Assembly: GCA_973851085.1 (NCBI GenBank)
Contig: OZ316776.1
Span: forward strand, 9,424,001-9,488,000
DNA: 64,000 bases
Reading direction: 5' to 3'
Source of the DNA: Ptychomitrium polyphyllum
Lineage: Eukaryota
A program made the position numbers and the translations under genes. How positions within the stretch are numbered: position 1 is the first letter of the stretch; each line of letters begins with the position of its first letter. Positions 35,786 through 48,746 of the stretch are shown in pieces. The notes under the pieces are model-generated. The model worked only from the letters and a program-made list of their open reading frames with translations, searched no databases and was not told the origin of the DNA.

Positions 35786-36699
35786 TGGCCTTCACGGAGC
35801 CTCTGACTACCATATCCGGCCAGATAGCTGCCACTGAGCTGCAGGCTATGATCATGGTGTCATGGAAATTATTTTCTTCAACCAGCACGGTGTTGGCAGT
35901 GACAGGAGAACGTGCAGATGCGTTCGTATTTTCAGATACAGGCGCGGAGAATGTTGGATACGGATCTCTTCGCCTCGGTAGAATCTGCAGATGCAGAATC
36001 ATTCATTCAGGTAGAGTTCTGGGTTGGAGCAGGAAACTGTTCATGATAGTAATGCTAGTGCGTTGGTACATGTTGTTGGAGAAGATTCTCAGCTGAAAAT
36101 GAGACCATTGTGACAGAACGCCATTCTTTCAGATTGTAGACACGTGGCATGCTATTCCAGAGTAGTACGTCTTGAAATTCTTGTAATATTATACACTACA
36201 ACCGTGGATCATGTGGATCATGTGGATCATGCAGATTCTTGTCTCCTCTTTGTTCAGTCTGCTTCTGCAGAATTGTCGAGTGTCCTCAATAATTTGATTC
36301 TGATCCTTGTTGTGTTGTGTGAATGAAGATTGCTGCACACAGGAAACAGAGTACCACAACCAAAACAGGACCACACAAGAATGCGTGAAACAATTGCAAC
36401 ACTTCAGTGACTCGACTCTCCACACAAAGGGAGAATCAAGGAGTGCACCTGGTGAAGAACTTGATGCTTAAATTGCTATATTCAAGCGAAGCACAACAAA
36501 AGTCTTTTGGAAACACTTGTAAAACTTGACTTGGCAAAGAATGTCAAACCAAGAGAGCCTCTCCATCTAATATGTGTTCCAAATCGGCTCATACAAAGCT
36601 AGCCAATATGGATTTACACTAAATGGATGAAAAGTTTCATAAGTTAGTCTACATTACATTCATTTGACGTGGCTTGGCACTTCATGTCATGTTACTTTG

Positions 36700-38380
36700 A
36701 CATATTTGATTTAGAAAATGTTAGCCAAAATAAATTTCAAATCATTAAACGAAGTTGGAGATTTTTAAAAAATAAGACAAATTTATTTTTAGAAAAACAT
36801 ATATTTGAAATAAGAATGAGATAGAACAACCAAGATGTATTTACGGACAAAAAATTGATTATGTTGAGTAAATGATTCAAATCAAAAAATTTAAAAACTT
36901 GCTATATTTATCATGAAAAAAAATAGCTTGATTTGTAGTCATAGATCTTGAGATTTAATACAACTCAATAAAACAAAATTTTATTTGAAATAAAAACTTA
37001 TTTGCTTTAAATTCATATTATGAAATCAAAGATGAAATTTACCAATGTATATAATTACTTCTTTTTCTTACAAGCTTTGTGGAGTACAATTTGAAATAAT
37101 TTCAAATGTATACAATAGCACAAGGTTTAAATACTAGTCTTTAATAGTAATAATGCTTATTATAGCAAAATATAGGCTTAAAAAAGATTTGAACAAAATG
37201 GAAAAAAAAATGGTTATTATAGGCTTCAACCACCTTAATAAATCCTTATATAATCTTTTCATACCTTTATAAATTTTAAACTCTCAACCATCCTAATGAA
37301 TTTCTAAATAATTTTTTTACATCTCTATAAGTTTTAAAATCTCAATCTTATACCACTTCTTTTCTAAATAGACTATTTAAACTTGTTTATTCTATTATAC
37401 CCTTTTCAAAAGCCAATAAACAACTACCCAAGCATTGTTGCCATCATTTAACATATCAACAATAAATAAGGAGTTGTATTAAGATATTTTGAAGGTACTT
37501 TTTAAATTTTTGTTTGTAATACAAAAAAAAACTTTAAAATTCCATCTTATCTTTCTATTTGTTTGCAATTATAAAAACTTACATTTATTTTTTATTTTTT
37601 AATCATTTATTGTTTATTTTAAATTTTTTACTAAGTATTGTTTATTTTAAATTAAAAAAAATTAAACTTTTACAATTGTATTAAAAACTTGAACATATTT
37701 GTACAATTTTTATAATGATTTACAACGTTTTTCACAATTATTAGATGTACAAAATTAACATTGATATTTATTCAATAACTCAACAAATCTATTAGTACTA
37801 AAGAAAAAGACAAAAAACACACTTTAATACAAATTTTGAAATATCACTTTGACAATTTTTTGCAATATCTTCTTCAATTCTTTTTTGGTTTAAGTTATTA
37901 CCAAAAGAAAATCATGATCTTTTCAATAATCTTTTTTTTGCCAAATTTGTAGTAATTCTTTAACATTTATTTTAAATAAACTTTTAATAATAAAATGAAA
38001 TTACAAATAATTACAAAACTTCTATAAACTATGGCAATTGCCAAAAAATTTATACCATGATTTAAAACAATTTTCAAAGACAATTTTTAATAAACATAAG
38101 TATGACAGAAAAGTACACTATGTTGAAACAAATATCTTAAGAACTCTTAATGTACAATAATTTCAAAAACACAGTTTATTAAGACATTTTCCAAGATGCT
38201 AAAGTATCTAAATCTGCAAGTTTGAGTTGGCGTTTTAAGGCATTCTAATGAATTAAAAAATGTCTTTTAAAAATGTATCTTAATCCAAAACCCTCCCACA
38301 ATTATTCATTTATGTACTAAATTTTTATTATTCATTTATGTAGTAAATTTTTTTGGGTAGTTTTCTGTCATTGATAACCT
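36700..38380. other. AT-rich intergenic island, probably decayed repeat
   Basis: Very low GC, almost no CpG and no ORFs. Short local duplications at 37606-37652 and 38303-38352. Confidence 0.45.
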
Positions 38381-38696
38381 GAAGTTTGATGATGCTGCTG
38401 TGCACTGAAAGTTACATATGTTTTCCAGCACTGACAACCCAATTCAAACAGAATTTCCACAGTAATAGATGGTGCCAAAAGGGATCCACTGTATGCTTAT
38501 CCCAAGTACATTTCCGATGCTTCCAGTGATCCAAGCAAGGGTTTGACCAAAAAAACTTTAAAACTTTTGTTGTAAACCGAGAAATGATAGTGGCACTACG
38601 CATCTTATTCATGCAGCACAGGACTCCACTCAAACCTGAAAGACTTCAAGAAGGGGCAAAAATAGGACAATCTCAAGTCCTCTTGTTTGACTTCAC

Positions 38697-38702
<6 letters not shown>

Positions 38703-38728
<26 letters not shown>
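38703..38728. repeat. (AT)13 microsatellite in the RPN9 3' region
   Basis: Read directly, about 50 bp beyond the RPN9 stop codon. Confidence 0.95.
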
Positions 38729-38729
<1 letters not shown>

Positions 38730-38775
38730 AGAGAATCGCAACTTCAAAGAAGCTGACATCTCATTTACTCTAAAT

Positions 38776-41434
38776 TTAAACAGCTACAAGATCAGGAGTT
38801 TCTGCTTCAACAGCTAACAAAGTTATATGCACTTTCTGTAGCCAGTTGTCTAGCCTGTCTTTCAATGCAGTGATCTGTGGAACTCCCAAAACTCGTGGCT
38901 GTACCCATGATACTCTCACTGATCCATCCACTTGATCGATAACTCCCTCTATCAAATGAACCTGCAATATGACGTAATGGGTAAACTTCTCCGTTATTTC
39001 ATTGAGATTGAGGTTTCAATTAAAACATCACCAAAAGATCACTTCAAAGGCTCATGTCTTCAACGTGCAAAAAGTCTCAAACTTATCCATAAATGATTAC
39101 AAGAATCAGAAGACCTTGGAAACATTGCTTGCTTTCTAATAACAATCAGAAGTTCATATCACAAAGATGAAGGTAGATACATACGGAGAGGCTCTTGATC
39201 AAAAGATGCTCCACTTCATCCATTGACAGCTTTGTCTTCTCAGCAATTAAACTGAGTTGGATAGTCCTTTCTTCTGATGGACGGCTGTAGAGGCAATTCA
39301 CCGAACCTCAGTCAATTGGTAAAGAATAGAAAACGTCACAAGCACTACAGCATGTGTGGGTCTACCAGCTTCTTCCTAAAATAAGTTTTAAATAAACCCA
39401 GGCAGAAGTGAGTTGCAGAAAGCAAAAGAAGGAAAAGAGAAACATCGTGATTCAGATAGGTCAACTAACACCCTAACTCTTCGAAGTTTCCAGCTGATTA
39501 CGGAGATAGGTTAATTCTCGAGCCTTGAGCTAAATAGCGTAGAGGTGGCGAGTAAATAGAAAAATTGAATTGTCATTTGGATGAACACCTGATCATATTA
39601 AAGTCACAACTCGTAACTCTCACTAGGCCTCTTTGTGCCACAACAGTACTCTTCCATGGACTACTACAATCAATAACAAAAGAACTCTCCTCGCTAGCTT
39701 ACAAACGATTTCACAAAGAATAATAGCGTATGATTACCTGAAAATCAGCTCCATGAGGCATAGGATATTAATCTTCTCCCAAAGCTTTTTCTCATTCTCA
39801 ACAAGTGCAGGTTGTGCTGTTAGGGCAGAGTAATATTGACGACAGAGCTCTTGATATTTGGTCAAATCTCCAGCATTGAAGGCTTGCAAGATAAAATAAA
39901 GCCATTCTACACTCGATCCCAACAGACTCCTAACCTGCAAATCAGAGAAAAGATTATCATAAAAGAATGTGTTACAGGGGATTTCATTACTACAATACAT
40001 TCTCGGCAGGTCGTACCCAAAACACTTGAAACCTATATGTAAAGTTACCTTTGGATGTTGAGCCACTTGATCACAAGTTCACAACCGAAAACAAGCCAAA
40101 ATGCACTATAGAAGGAAAAAATATGTAGATAGTGAAACAATTACTTGGTACATTAAGAAAGTACGAGAATTAAAAAAAAAACCATATTTCACAACAGCAA
40201 AAGAAAATGAACAAATTAATAAAAAACTTACAATGGGGTGCGCAAGAAGCTCTCCAAAGTTATAGATATTATCGCCCAACAAGGCTGCCAGTGAAAGATC
40301 AAATGCTAGATCCTGCGTCAAAACTTTTTATTGTTAATCTGTAGGACAAAACTCTTCCATGAAAATCTGAAACGCCATTGCCAAAAACGAATACTGACTC
40401 AGGCCTGTTGAGACAAAATGACTGTTCAATTCTTCCTGTTTGTAGAGGATACTCGCTGAGGCATTCATTTCAAGTCGACAACGTCAAATTGTGACTAAAT
40501 GGAATAATAACAGATATCCAGACACATCATTTTCCAAACTGCTCGAAAAGATCCGAAGCAAGGAAGAGACTAACCAGCTTGAAATTATCAGTCAAAGTCT
40601 CCACCGATGTATAAGCCAAGAATAACAGGGCACTCTTGTAAAACTCAGCAAATTCTTGTCGAGATTTAAAGTATTGCGAGGAGACCCAATGTACACTTGC
40701 ATGAACCGAAGGATCGACATCCGTCATACTATCCAACGTCGCCTTCCCTTCTTCTAGCAGTTTCTTGCACTCTTGTTGCTCCCCACGCTGCAACTTCAAC
40801 GACGCAACCTGCATTTTCACGTACAAAATAGGCTCTTCCACCCGCCTCTCCCCAGAGGTCTTAAGCTTGTCAATAACATCCTCAAGATACGCAACTGCAG
40901 CTTCCTTTTCCGAATACTGTTTCGACACAATAACTGCGAAATGAGCGAGCTTCAGCAGATTGATCTTGGTCTCAAAATCGCAGATAAAGTTGTGGTACAG
41001 CTGTACAAGGGCATCGCCAGCCTGCAAACGCACCAGATCATGACCTCAACATCAGATTGCCCATCACCGCCATGCACTCAAACCATAACCAAAGCCCTAA
41101 AACACGACTCAATGCACAACGCTGCCCCAGTCACCCAAAAGCAGCCCACAATCCCCAAACCTAAAACATCAATCCGCACAAAAAGCCCTAAAGGAAAGAA
41201 CTCCATCTCCACATCAAACCATCGCCTACCCACAATCTGCTCACAACCGACCACAGAACCCGCAACCCCAAAAGCACCCCACACCTGGAATACTGCGAGC
41301 GCCACGAACTGCTCCAGCTTGGTGGTGAGCTGGTGCCATAGTTTGCGCTCGTACAGATCCGCCATGCTGGTGTACCACTCAGCGAGCTCCGGTTGGGCTG
41401 CCCTCTGCCTCTCCAAGTACTGCAACGCTGCCAT
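38776..41434 (-). CDS. RPN9: 26S proteasome non-ATPase regulatory subunit 13 (PCI-domain lid subunit); 6 exons
   Basis: MAALQYLE...LYERKLWHQLT, FETKINLLKLAHFA, ALLGDNIYNFGELLAHPI, EKINILCLMEL, HLIEGVIDQVDG..VSWVQPRVL, EAETPDLVAV*. Approximate exons: 41434-41285, 41021-40575, 40311-40231, 39934-39737, 39284-39184, 38961-38776. Confidence 0.96.
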
Positions 41435-41531
41435 GGTGATTGCTCTGCACTCCCTTCCTCCCCTGTACCCCCCCGACAGCCCCCAATCCCCCTCCCCCCC
41501 CCTCAAACTCTCTCTTCCCCCTTCTCCAATC

Positions 41532-41540
41532 AAACCCTAA
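41532..41540 (+). promoter_or_regulatory. Telo-box (AAACCCTAA) near the RPN9 5' end
   Basis: Exact motif ~100 bp upstream of the RPN9 ATG. A GCCCGCGGGC palindrome lies at 41652-41661. Confidence 0.5.
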
Positions 41541-42471
41541 GCACTGCCTCTTCGCTTTGCATTCTTCCTTCTCTTCTCTCCCTCTAACAACCCCAGGTCG
41601 AATCTCCCAGTATCCTAAATCTTCCGCGCTTCAACACGCAGGAACTTGAAAGCCCGCGGGCGATAGTCCCACAAAAAGAGTCGGAGACGACGCCGACGAC
41701 GACAAACTTGGACGGCACACGTTTGGAATTTCTTCGCATTTTCAATTACTGCTTGGTTTCTCTATTTTTTAAAGTAAAATAGTGCAGGCTTCTAGTTACT
41801 CTATCCAACACACATGTGGAAAGTTCCGCACAGATCGGTGCATTCCGTGAATGTTTGTTTGTGTTACTGCGAAGACTTTGTTCGAAATCGGATTCTTCAG
41901 GGCTGTGAACTGAGATTCTGAGACGTTTTGTGTTTGGATCGCAGTATGATTCCGTTGGCGGTTGACATGTGATACACGATTTTGCGAATCAAGGCTTGGA
42001 TGGATTACCCGTTGGACCAACAATTGGAAACGGCCTGAGTTAAAAGGCATCACAACAGAATGATGACAAGTTGACTCTTTACTTACGTTAACAGCCGGTG
42101 CTAGAAGCACCATACATGTATCCACAGTTGGAAATCTACATAATCAGTAGAAAAAGATGAAGAAATCATCTCAAACTTCTATATCCAGACAATGCCTCAA
42201 GTTGATGAGATCACATGAACGACTTCTAAAAAGTCATCAATCCCTGGATGATCTACAATAATCCACAGTCATGCGATAATACAACACACATCCACTACAC
42301 TCACATGTACATGTTCACCTACAGAGGTAGTTTCAAAACATATAGACAGCTATGTACACGATTTTCGAGGGCCCTAACGCACGGATGTCGCCAAGGCCAC
42401 ACGTACTAGATTGAGAATGACTGCGGCATAAGAGGAAATTTCAAAGATTGGCAAGAGGATTAGGGATTGGG

Positions 42472-44664
42472 ATGGCAGCAGAGATGCCACCGGAGGTTGT
42501 CGGCGTTGAAGAGGAAGTCCAAAGGATCTTCAAGGCTCTCAAGTAAGTACATCCGTTTCGTGATCTCCACAAACTGAATAATGAGTTGTGATAGGATGTT
42601 CACAGTAATATCTGTACTACTTAATTTCGGTTGAATTCGTGTCATAGAAAGTGACTGCTGCAGAGTATGTCTTTCTTGAATCTGAAAGTTCATGTGTATG
42701 GTTTTTTAAGAAATGATATTTGTGGCACTTGGGGATAAGAGTATTACGCTGATTGCCTTCAGTGAAGGATTTCAAAAGTTGGATAAGATTAAGGATGGCG
42801 AGAAACAGGGGAAGCTACTGGAAGAGCTCACAGGCAAGATGCGGGATGTAAAACGGTTTGCACCCTGTTTTCATGTAAATCTAACAAGTACACAGGCTAT
42901 TATATTGCTGTGTGTAGTTGGTCTCATTTGTCTCATTGTTTTCCTCTGAGGTGTTAATTAGGTTTAAAATGATTGCAGTGAGAAGTGCCGAACTTGTCAC
43001 TTACTTCGCAAGTAGCTCATGATGATGGTTTTCTCTACAGGATCCTGAAAGCTTTTGATCAGGGAGCCAAAGAAGGAGAGGTTAAATATGCCCCGGAGCT
43101 TGGCAAGCTTGTTGCTGAAAAGAAGAAAGCTTTCGTAACATATCTACACTCTTAAGATCTAATGCTTCTTGTAAGTTTTGAATCAAACTTTGCTCATGTT
43201 TGTGGACACTTGGAGTAGTTTCACTACCTGTTATAATTATCATATTAATGATGGTATTCTTTTTCCTGCGTAGATAAGGGAATTGAATACTTATATTGCC
43301 TTGAGGAAGACATTCACTAGCTCAATTGCGAATAAAAATGAATTGCTTGAAGGTGGCTCAAAAGCTGGGACAGCTACCGATGCAGGGCCTCGAGTGGCAT
43401 CGGGTACATTCGAACTTCTGATGAACTTGTGATGTATACACTTGCCTAATTGAACCCACCACATAGTAATGTTGTGAATGGTCAAGTGAGATTGTTTCAC
43501 AAAAAGCACACTAAACGTATCATGACCCAATTGATTGAGTATTTTGGATTTGTAGTAACAGCAGATAAAGCCGTAATGATCTAACGCTTGGTCATGCAGT
43601 TCCTAAGCATGTCTTGGTCTAACTTTGGGCAGAAGGTAAGATCATTCTCACCGTGTTTGCAAATTTATCTTGCCTTGGCCAGCAATGTCTAATCAGGAGC
43701 TTTTACAAGTTGGAAAGAAGCAAATGGATGAAACAGACAAAAGTATCGAGCGCTCAAAGCGAGTATGTGAAAATATGAATCATTTTTGGATTTGGGAACT
43801 GGATCATCTAATTAGCGCTTTTAAAGAACACATATACATTGGTGCCAGGACAGTAGCATAACCTTGAGATTCACCAAGCAGTTTAATTGTCATCTTTCAG
43901 GTAGTGGAAGACACGTTGCAAATTGGCACGGAAACTGCTGTCACTCTTAAAGGCCAGGTATACCTTCAAACCAATTGATACGTCTATTCTGTATTACCTC
44001 CAGTTTATTAGTCGATTATGTTATCAAACAATCTACTTCTATCGTACTCATGCCTGTCGATGTACGGTGCATTTGCGGAGCATGTGGCAGACAGAGCAAT
44101 TGGGGAGGATTGTAAATGAATTGGACACCATTCATTTTTCCATCAAAAAGGCTGCACAAGTTGTACGAAAGATTGGAAAACAGGTGAGAGTCTGAACAAG
44201 AGTGGGAAAGTAGAACATGTGGTAACTTGTTCCGATTACAAACAGTCCTTGCAGGCATCTCCGCACTACTGTGAAGTCGCTAGGAAAAGGATTTAACTGA
44301 CAAGCGCCTGTTTCCTTGGCAGATGGCGACGGATAAGTGTATCATGGGGTTTCTATTTTTGGTCGTGGGTGGTGTTGTTGCAGTCATAGTTGTCAAGGTA
44401 AAGCAACTGCTATCGAATATGCCAGAACTAGCATTTGTACTACCTTCGTGTATATACAAGAAGCTAGTTCCTAGAATTAATGAACTTCGTAAATATTGCC
44501 AATTCCAACGCAATCATATATGCTGTTCTGTCAAGCTTAACCTGCAAATGCCTTGCTCACAGATCGTGCAAGGTCAGTCCAAGTCGAAGGCAAAGATTAG
44601 TCCTGCAGCTGCCCCTACAGGTGCTCGGCGGCTGTTGTCGTCGTTGCTGGACATGGATCATTAA
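42472..44664 (+). CDS. NPSN: Novel plant SNARE (NPSN family, Qb-SNARE); about 9 exons
   Basis: GFQKLDKIKD..KQGKLLEELTGKMRDVKR, MSNQELL..GKKQMDETDKSIERSKR|VVEDTLQIGTETAVTLKGQ|TEQLGRIVNELDTIHFSIKKA..KIGKQ|MATDKCIMGFLFLVV (TM segment), and the family C-terminal ARRLL motif. Confidence 0.93.
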
Positions 44665-46083
44665 CCACGATCTATCAACAACAGCAATGTTACGCGCAGC
44701 ATCTAACGGCATTCAAAGGTACGCTTTACTCATGGTACCCACAACATCTGCGTCATGCTACTATGATGTGGTGAATGTGGAACAAACAGTGCGATTTTCC
44801 AACACAGATGCGCAAGCCTAGTTTGAGTATTTATTTGAAGGTTTCTCCTTATCCAGTACTTAACAGTATGCCTTCGGGTCATCTTTAAATACGTTAGACT
44901 GGACCATAACACCGCAATCAGCCAAAACCGCTTCAAACCCTGAATTATTACCATCAAGCCTATTCCGAAACACACATCTTGGTTGGCAACTTCCCCTGCT
45001 CTAAATCACCACCACTTATCCACAGTATTCTATTGGGATTCCTTCTAATTGGAGTTCAATAACCATACTTACCAACCTTCACATAACGTACATCAAACAA
45101 AGATCAGTGGTCTCTGCATTTTCTTAGCGCTAGCATTTTTGATTTGATTTCACAAGTAGACTTAATTTAAAGATTGTGCAAGTCAAAGAGATGGTGTAAA
45201 TGCTTGTCAACCACTATGTACAATGGCCTATGACCATGGTCATTGAGACCATTTCATACAAGACGATTCCATAGAAATATGAAAGTGAGGTTTTCTAACG
45301 ACATCACACTTATCTCCTTTCTTTCGAGGATGTAAACCGTTGTCTGCATTGTTAATTTATCATCATCAAATGTGTGAGCCAACACGTGTGGAATTTTAGG
45401 CACGGGATCATTAAATCAACCACTTTATGAAAATTTGAACTTTGTGTTCCTTTTACCTGCATATTGTAGATACCCAGATTCAAGTTTGGCAATGGAAGGT
45501 GGATGCATGACTCATGGAGAAGGGCCACTAAGGAATGTAGTAGTTCCATGTCAAAGTAGTGGTGGAAACATGCAAGTGGCACAAGCCTTAAGATTTCCTA
45601 CAACAAGCATAGCCCGCCTCCACTCAATTATAAAGAACCCAATCAAAATTTTGTGGTTCAATGAAAGTCTTCCGCGCCGTTCCACATAAGACCTGGCAGT
45701 CGAGTGATGAGGTGGATGGACTGTCCAACTGTCATGCTCTTATACCTCGTTAGAGAAAGGAGCAGGAGATTCACATGAAATACGGCACTTACAAATGCCA
45801 AACGTGAGCATACACACAGCACATCAGAGTGCAACCCATATCAGCAAAACATAGATGAACATGAACATGATATAAGAACAAACACAGGTTGGTCTCACAT
45901 GTACTAAGTTATGCATTGAGCTTCTAGAATTACTTGCAAATGTCCAATCAGATCAGGTGCCAACGCAATACAATGAACAAGAAAATACATTTCAGCAGCG
46001 CAGACCAACAAGACAATTTTAGGTTGTGATTCTATTAAGAATATAAATGTTAAAAACTAAAACCTAAGGAGCATAGGATTGGT

Positions 46084-48075
46084 TCAGAGAGAAGAAACAT
46101 CCAAACTTTTTCGTCTCTTTTTGACATTGCTGCCACTTCCGGCCTCATTCTTGTCTTTCCTCTTCTTTTTCTTCTTGGGTGTATGCTCGTTTGTGCCTTC
46201 AGAACCTCCTGTGCTCTCCTCGACATCTCTGCTCTCTTTATGTTTCGGCCTTTTGTCCCCATTCTCTGAAAGTCTGCAGGATCGGCAAGTCATAAAAAAA
46301 TATTTAGAATTTTTCTCATATACTGTACATGAGAGATAACTCCACATACAGTAAAGATCATTCGTATAATTCAAACCAATTGCAATAAGTAGAGGATTAC
46401 GAGGGAGTACACTACCTGTGTGTGTTTTCAAATTTAACTCTTTCCTTGGATTCTATTGCAAGCCATTTCACACAGCCTGTCTGTGGTCCTAGAAGAGTTC
46501 CGGTGAGATCAACTATTTCTTCGTTCTCCTGAACACTGCAGTAAAGGTTTATTAGCTTATGACATATTAAAAGATCTTTAAGATGCTGGCGCATTTCTCA
46601 AGTTAGGTTTGAGGAGATTGCTATTTTGACACAAGTACGGAGGCAGACATGAATTTGTCTAAAACATGAGCTCCGACCATGGATTCTAGCATGCCTGAAT
46701 TCCGCTAAGATTTCAACTGGATATTCACTAGAACCAGTGCTCCAAAAAAGATACCATCTAACTATAATAAGAAGTTTAGGCTCAAGGAACTCTTACAGCA
46801 GGTGGTCAGAATTCAAACCTTTTCACAGAAAATCGAATTAGACTGCCGATTTTAATACAGTGACGTTCATCACCTTCATTCATCCATACCTTGGTTCCAT
46901 CCTGTTCCATAAAAGCCTATGGTTATTTCTTTAAATATGGAGATAGTCTTTATCATGTAATTCCAAATGTGCATAATTTTGAGATAAATAGAACTACAAA
47001 TCTTATAGTTGATTTAAAGAGCACGTACGTCTCCTTCACAATAGACAAGCTCGCTCCGAATGTCTGAGGATCCAATTGCAGCATTAAAAACTCCAAGAAC
47101 CACCACTCCGAGATAATCTCCTTCGACTTTATTTACCTTGCCCTCTGCTCTCAAGCAACGAGCAGCGGAATTCAGTTACTCTACTATTTAAAGATCTAAT
47201 CGGTTGGAATGCATAGACGAAACGGCTGTAATACGGATTGTCACAGATGTGTTACTCACAAAAAAATGTACATGAACGGGAATAAGATCGTTTAACCAGA
47301 TGTTTTACGAAAAGTCTTGAAAGATAATACCTACAAATAAACCAACTTTGGGAGTGAACAGAAGAAGCGTAGTTGTCAAGCGCACGCAAAAATATGGTGT
47401 CAATCCTTCCAAAATAGTCGCAGTGTGTCCTTGAATTTTAGTATCCGAATGAGCCAACACTGATCCTTCAAAATGCTCATTGTACCTGCAATAGCATCCA
47501 CAACCATATTATCAACTACTCCAGTTTGGTAACTAAAATTTGACAAAAGTGAGGAAGATGGGGTATCTATAATTCAGAAAGCAGTATAATCCATTGAGCG
47601 ACGGATTCCACATCAAACCACCACATCTGAAAGGAGGTCTATTTCCAAAACATATGGGGGTTAAAGACTACAAAAGCTCACTTGCTAACCACTCACTCAC
47701 CACTCACTCAGGGTTTAGGGTTTAAGGACGATTCATAGCACTCTCATTGGCTTCCACACATTGCCTCCGGAATTCACAAGTGATTCAAGGGTATCAAAAG
47801 CAAGGCTACAACCTAAACCCAGACTACAACGCAAAGAACACTTCACACAGTTCACTTGCATCCTCCCAGAACATAAACCAAAGACCACAGACTGAAGACA
47901 GACACCTCTCACTCACGCAAATGAGCGCCCAACATGATATTTCAGGATACAAGAACGACGCCTACCTCACGAGAAGAGAATTCAGAATCTCCCGAACGCC
48001 CTGCTGCACATTAGACGCGCGGGACGGATGCAAGTGCACTACCATCTTCACCTTCTTCTCCCGCAGCCCCTCCAT
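46084..48075 (-). CDS. RPA43: DNA-directed RNA polymerase I subunit RPA43 with basic C-terminal tail; 6 exons
   Basis: MEGL..VHLHPSRASNVQQGVREILNSLLVR|YNEHFEGSVLAHS..ILEGLTPYFCVRLTTTLLLFTPKVG..|EGKVNKV..LGVVVLGVFNAAI, followed by a K-rich tail (PKKKKKRK, VKKRRK). An in-frame upstream ATG at 48099 is an alternative start. Confidence 0.88.
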
Positions 48076-48341
48076 CAGGGGAGTCTTCTCCAAGCCCATG
48101 ACGGACGGGATACCGAACACTGCAACGACCAATCCCCCAACTTGATGATTGATTACAGAATGCTGCAACGATCAATCACTCACCCTCTGCTAGAGGCCAA
48201 CAACAAAACCCAGCCTCTATTCTCCAAACCTAGGGTGACCAAAACCTGAAAACCCACAAGAGAGTCCACCACAGTCCTCATCTTCGGGCCACGGTCGAAG
48301 GGTTTGGAGTTTCACGGTCGTAGAAAGTGGGTCACTGCACC

Positions 48342-48350
48342 AAACCCTAA
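48342..48350 (+). promoter_or_regulatory. Telo-box in the compact divergent RPA43/DRG promoter
   Basis: AAACCCTAA lies between two head-to-head genes whose ATGs are ~670 bp apart. A site-II-like CGGGCC is at ~48285. Confidence 0.55.
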
Positions 48351-48746
48351 CTCTGTGAAGAACTTCTCCGGTGGAGCTTTCTCGCCATCGCCATGGCCAT
48401 GTCTGGGATTTCTGGCTGAGGAGTCCGGCATTCGCTTGAGCCTGGATGCAGTTCAGGTGCTGAGTTCGTCGTTTCGTTTGAACTCATGGAATCGATTCAC
48501 CTGCAGGGCGGTGCTTTCTAGTAGTCAGATTCTGTGATTCTGGTAGATGGTAGGATTCTATGGCATGTTTTGGGATGCTTAGTGGGGATGCATGGGGAGG
48601 AAGCGCGCAACTGTGTCACAGCCTAGGTTGCTTCGTGTGGAATTCGGTTGAGGAGGAGATGGTGTTGATTTGGTGATCAATGTTGCAGGTGTGAGGGGGG
48701 AGCTTAAATCGTAGAGGTTTAAGCCCTTGGTGGAAGAGAGCCCAAG

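Noticed and set aside
36204..36231. (GTGGATCAT)3 tandem repeat
   Set aside because: Short slippage repeat downstream of the RLK with nothing suggesting function.
40773..41540. 255-aa plus-strand ORF
   Set aside because: Antisense shadow of RPN9 exons 1-2 and its G/T-rich intron.
45704..45830. GTGATGA as a C/D snoRNA C box
   Set aside because: No appropriately placed CTGA D box or terminal stem.
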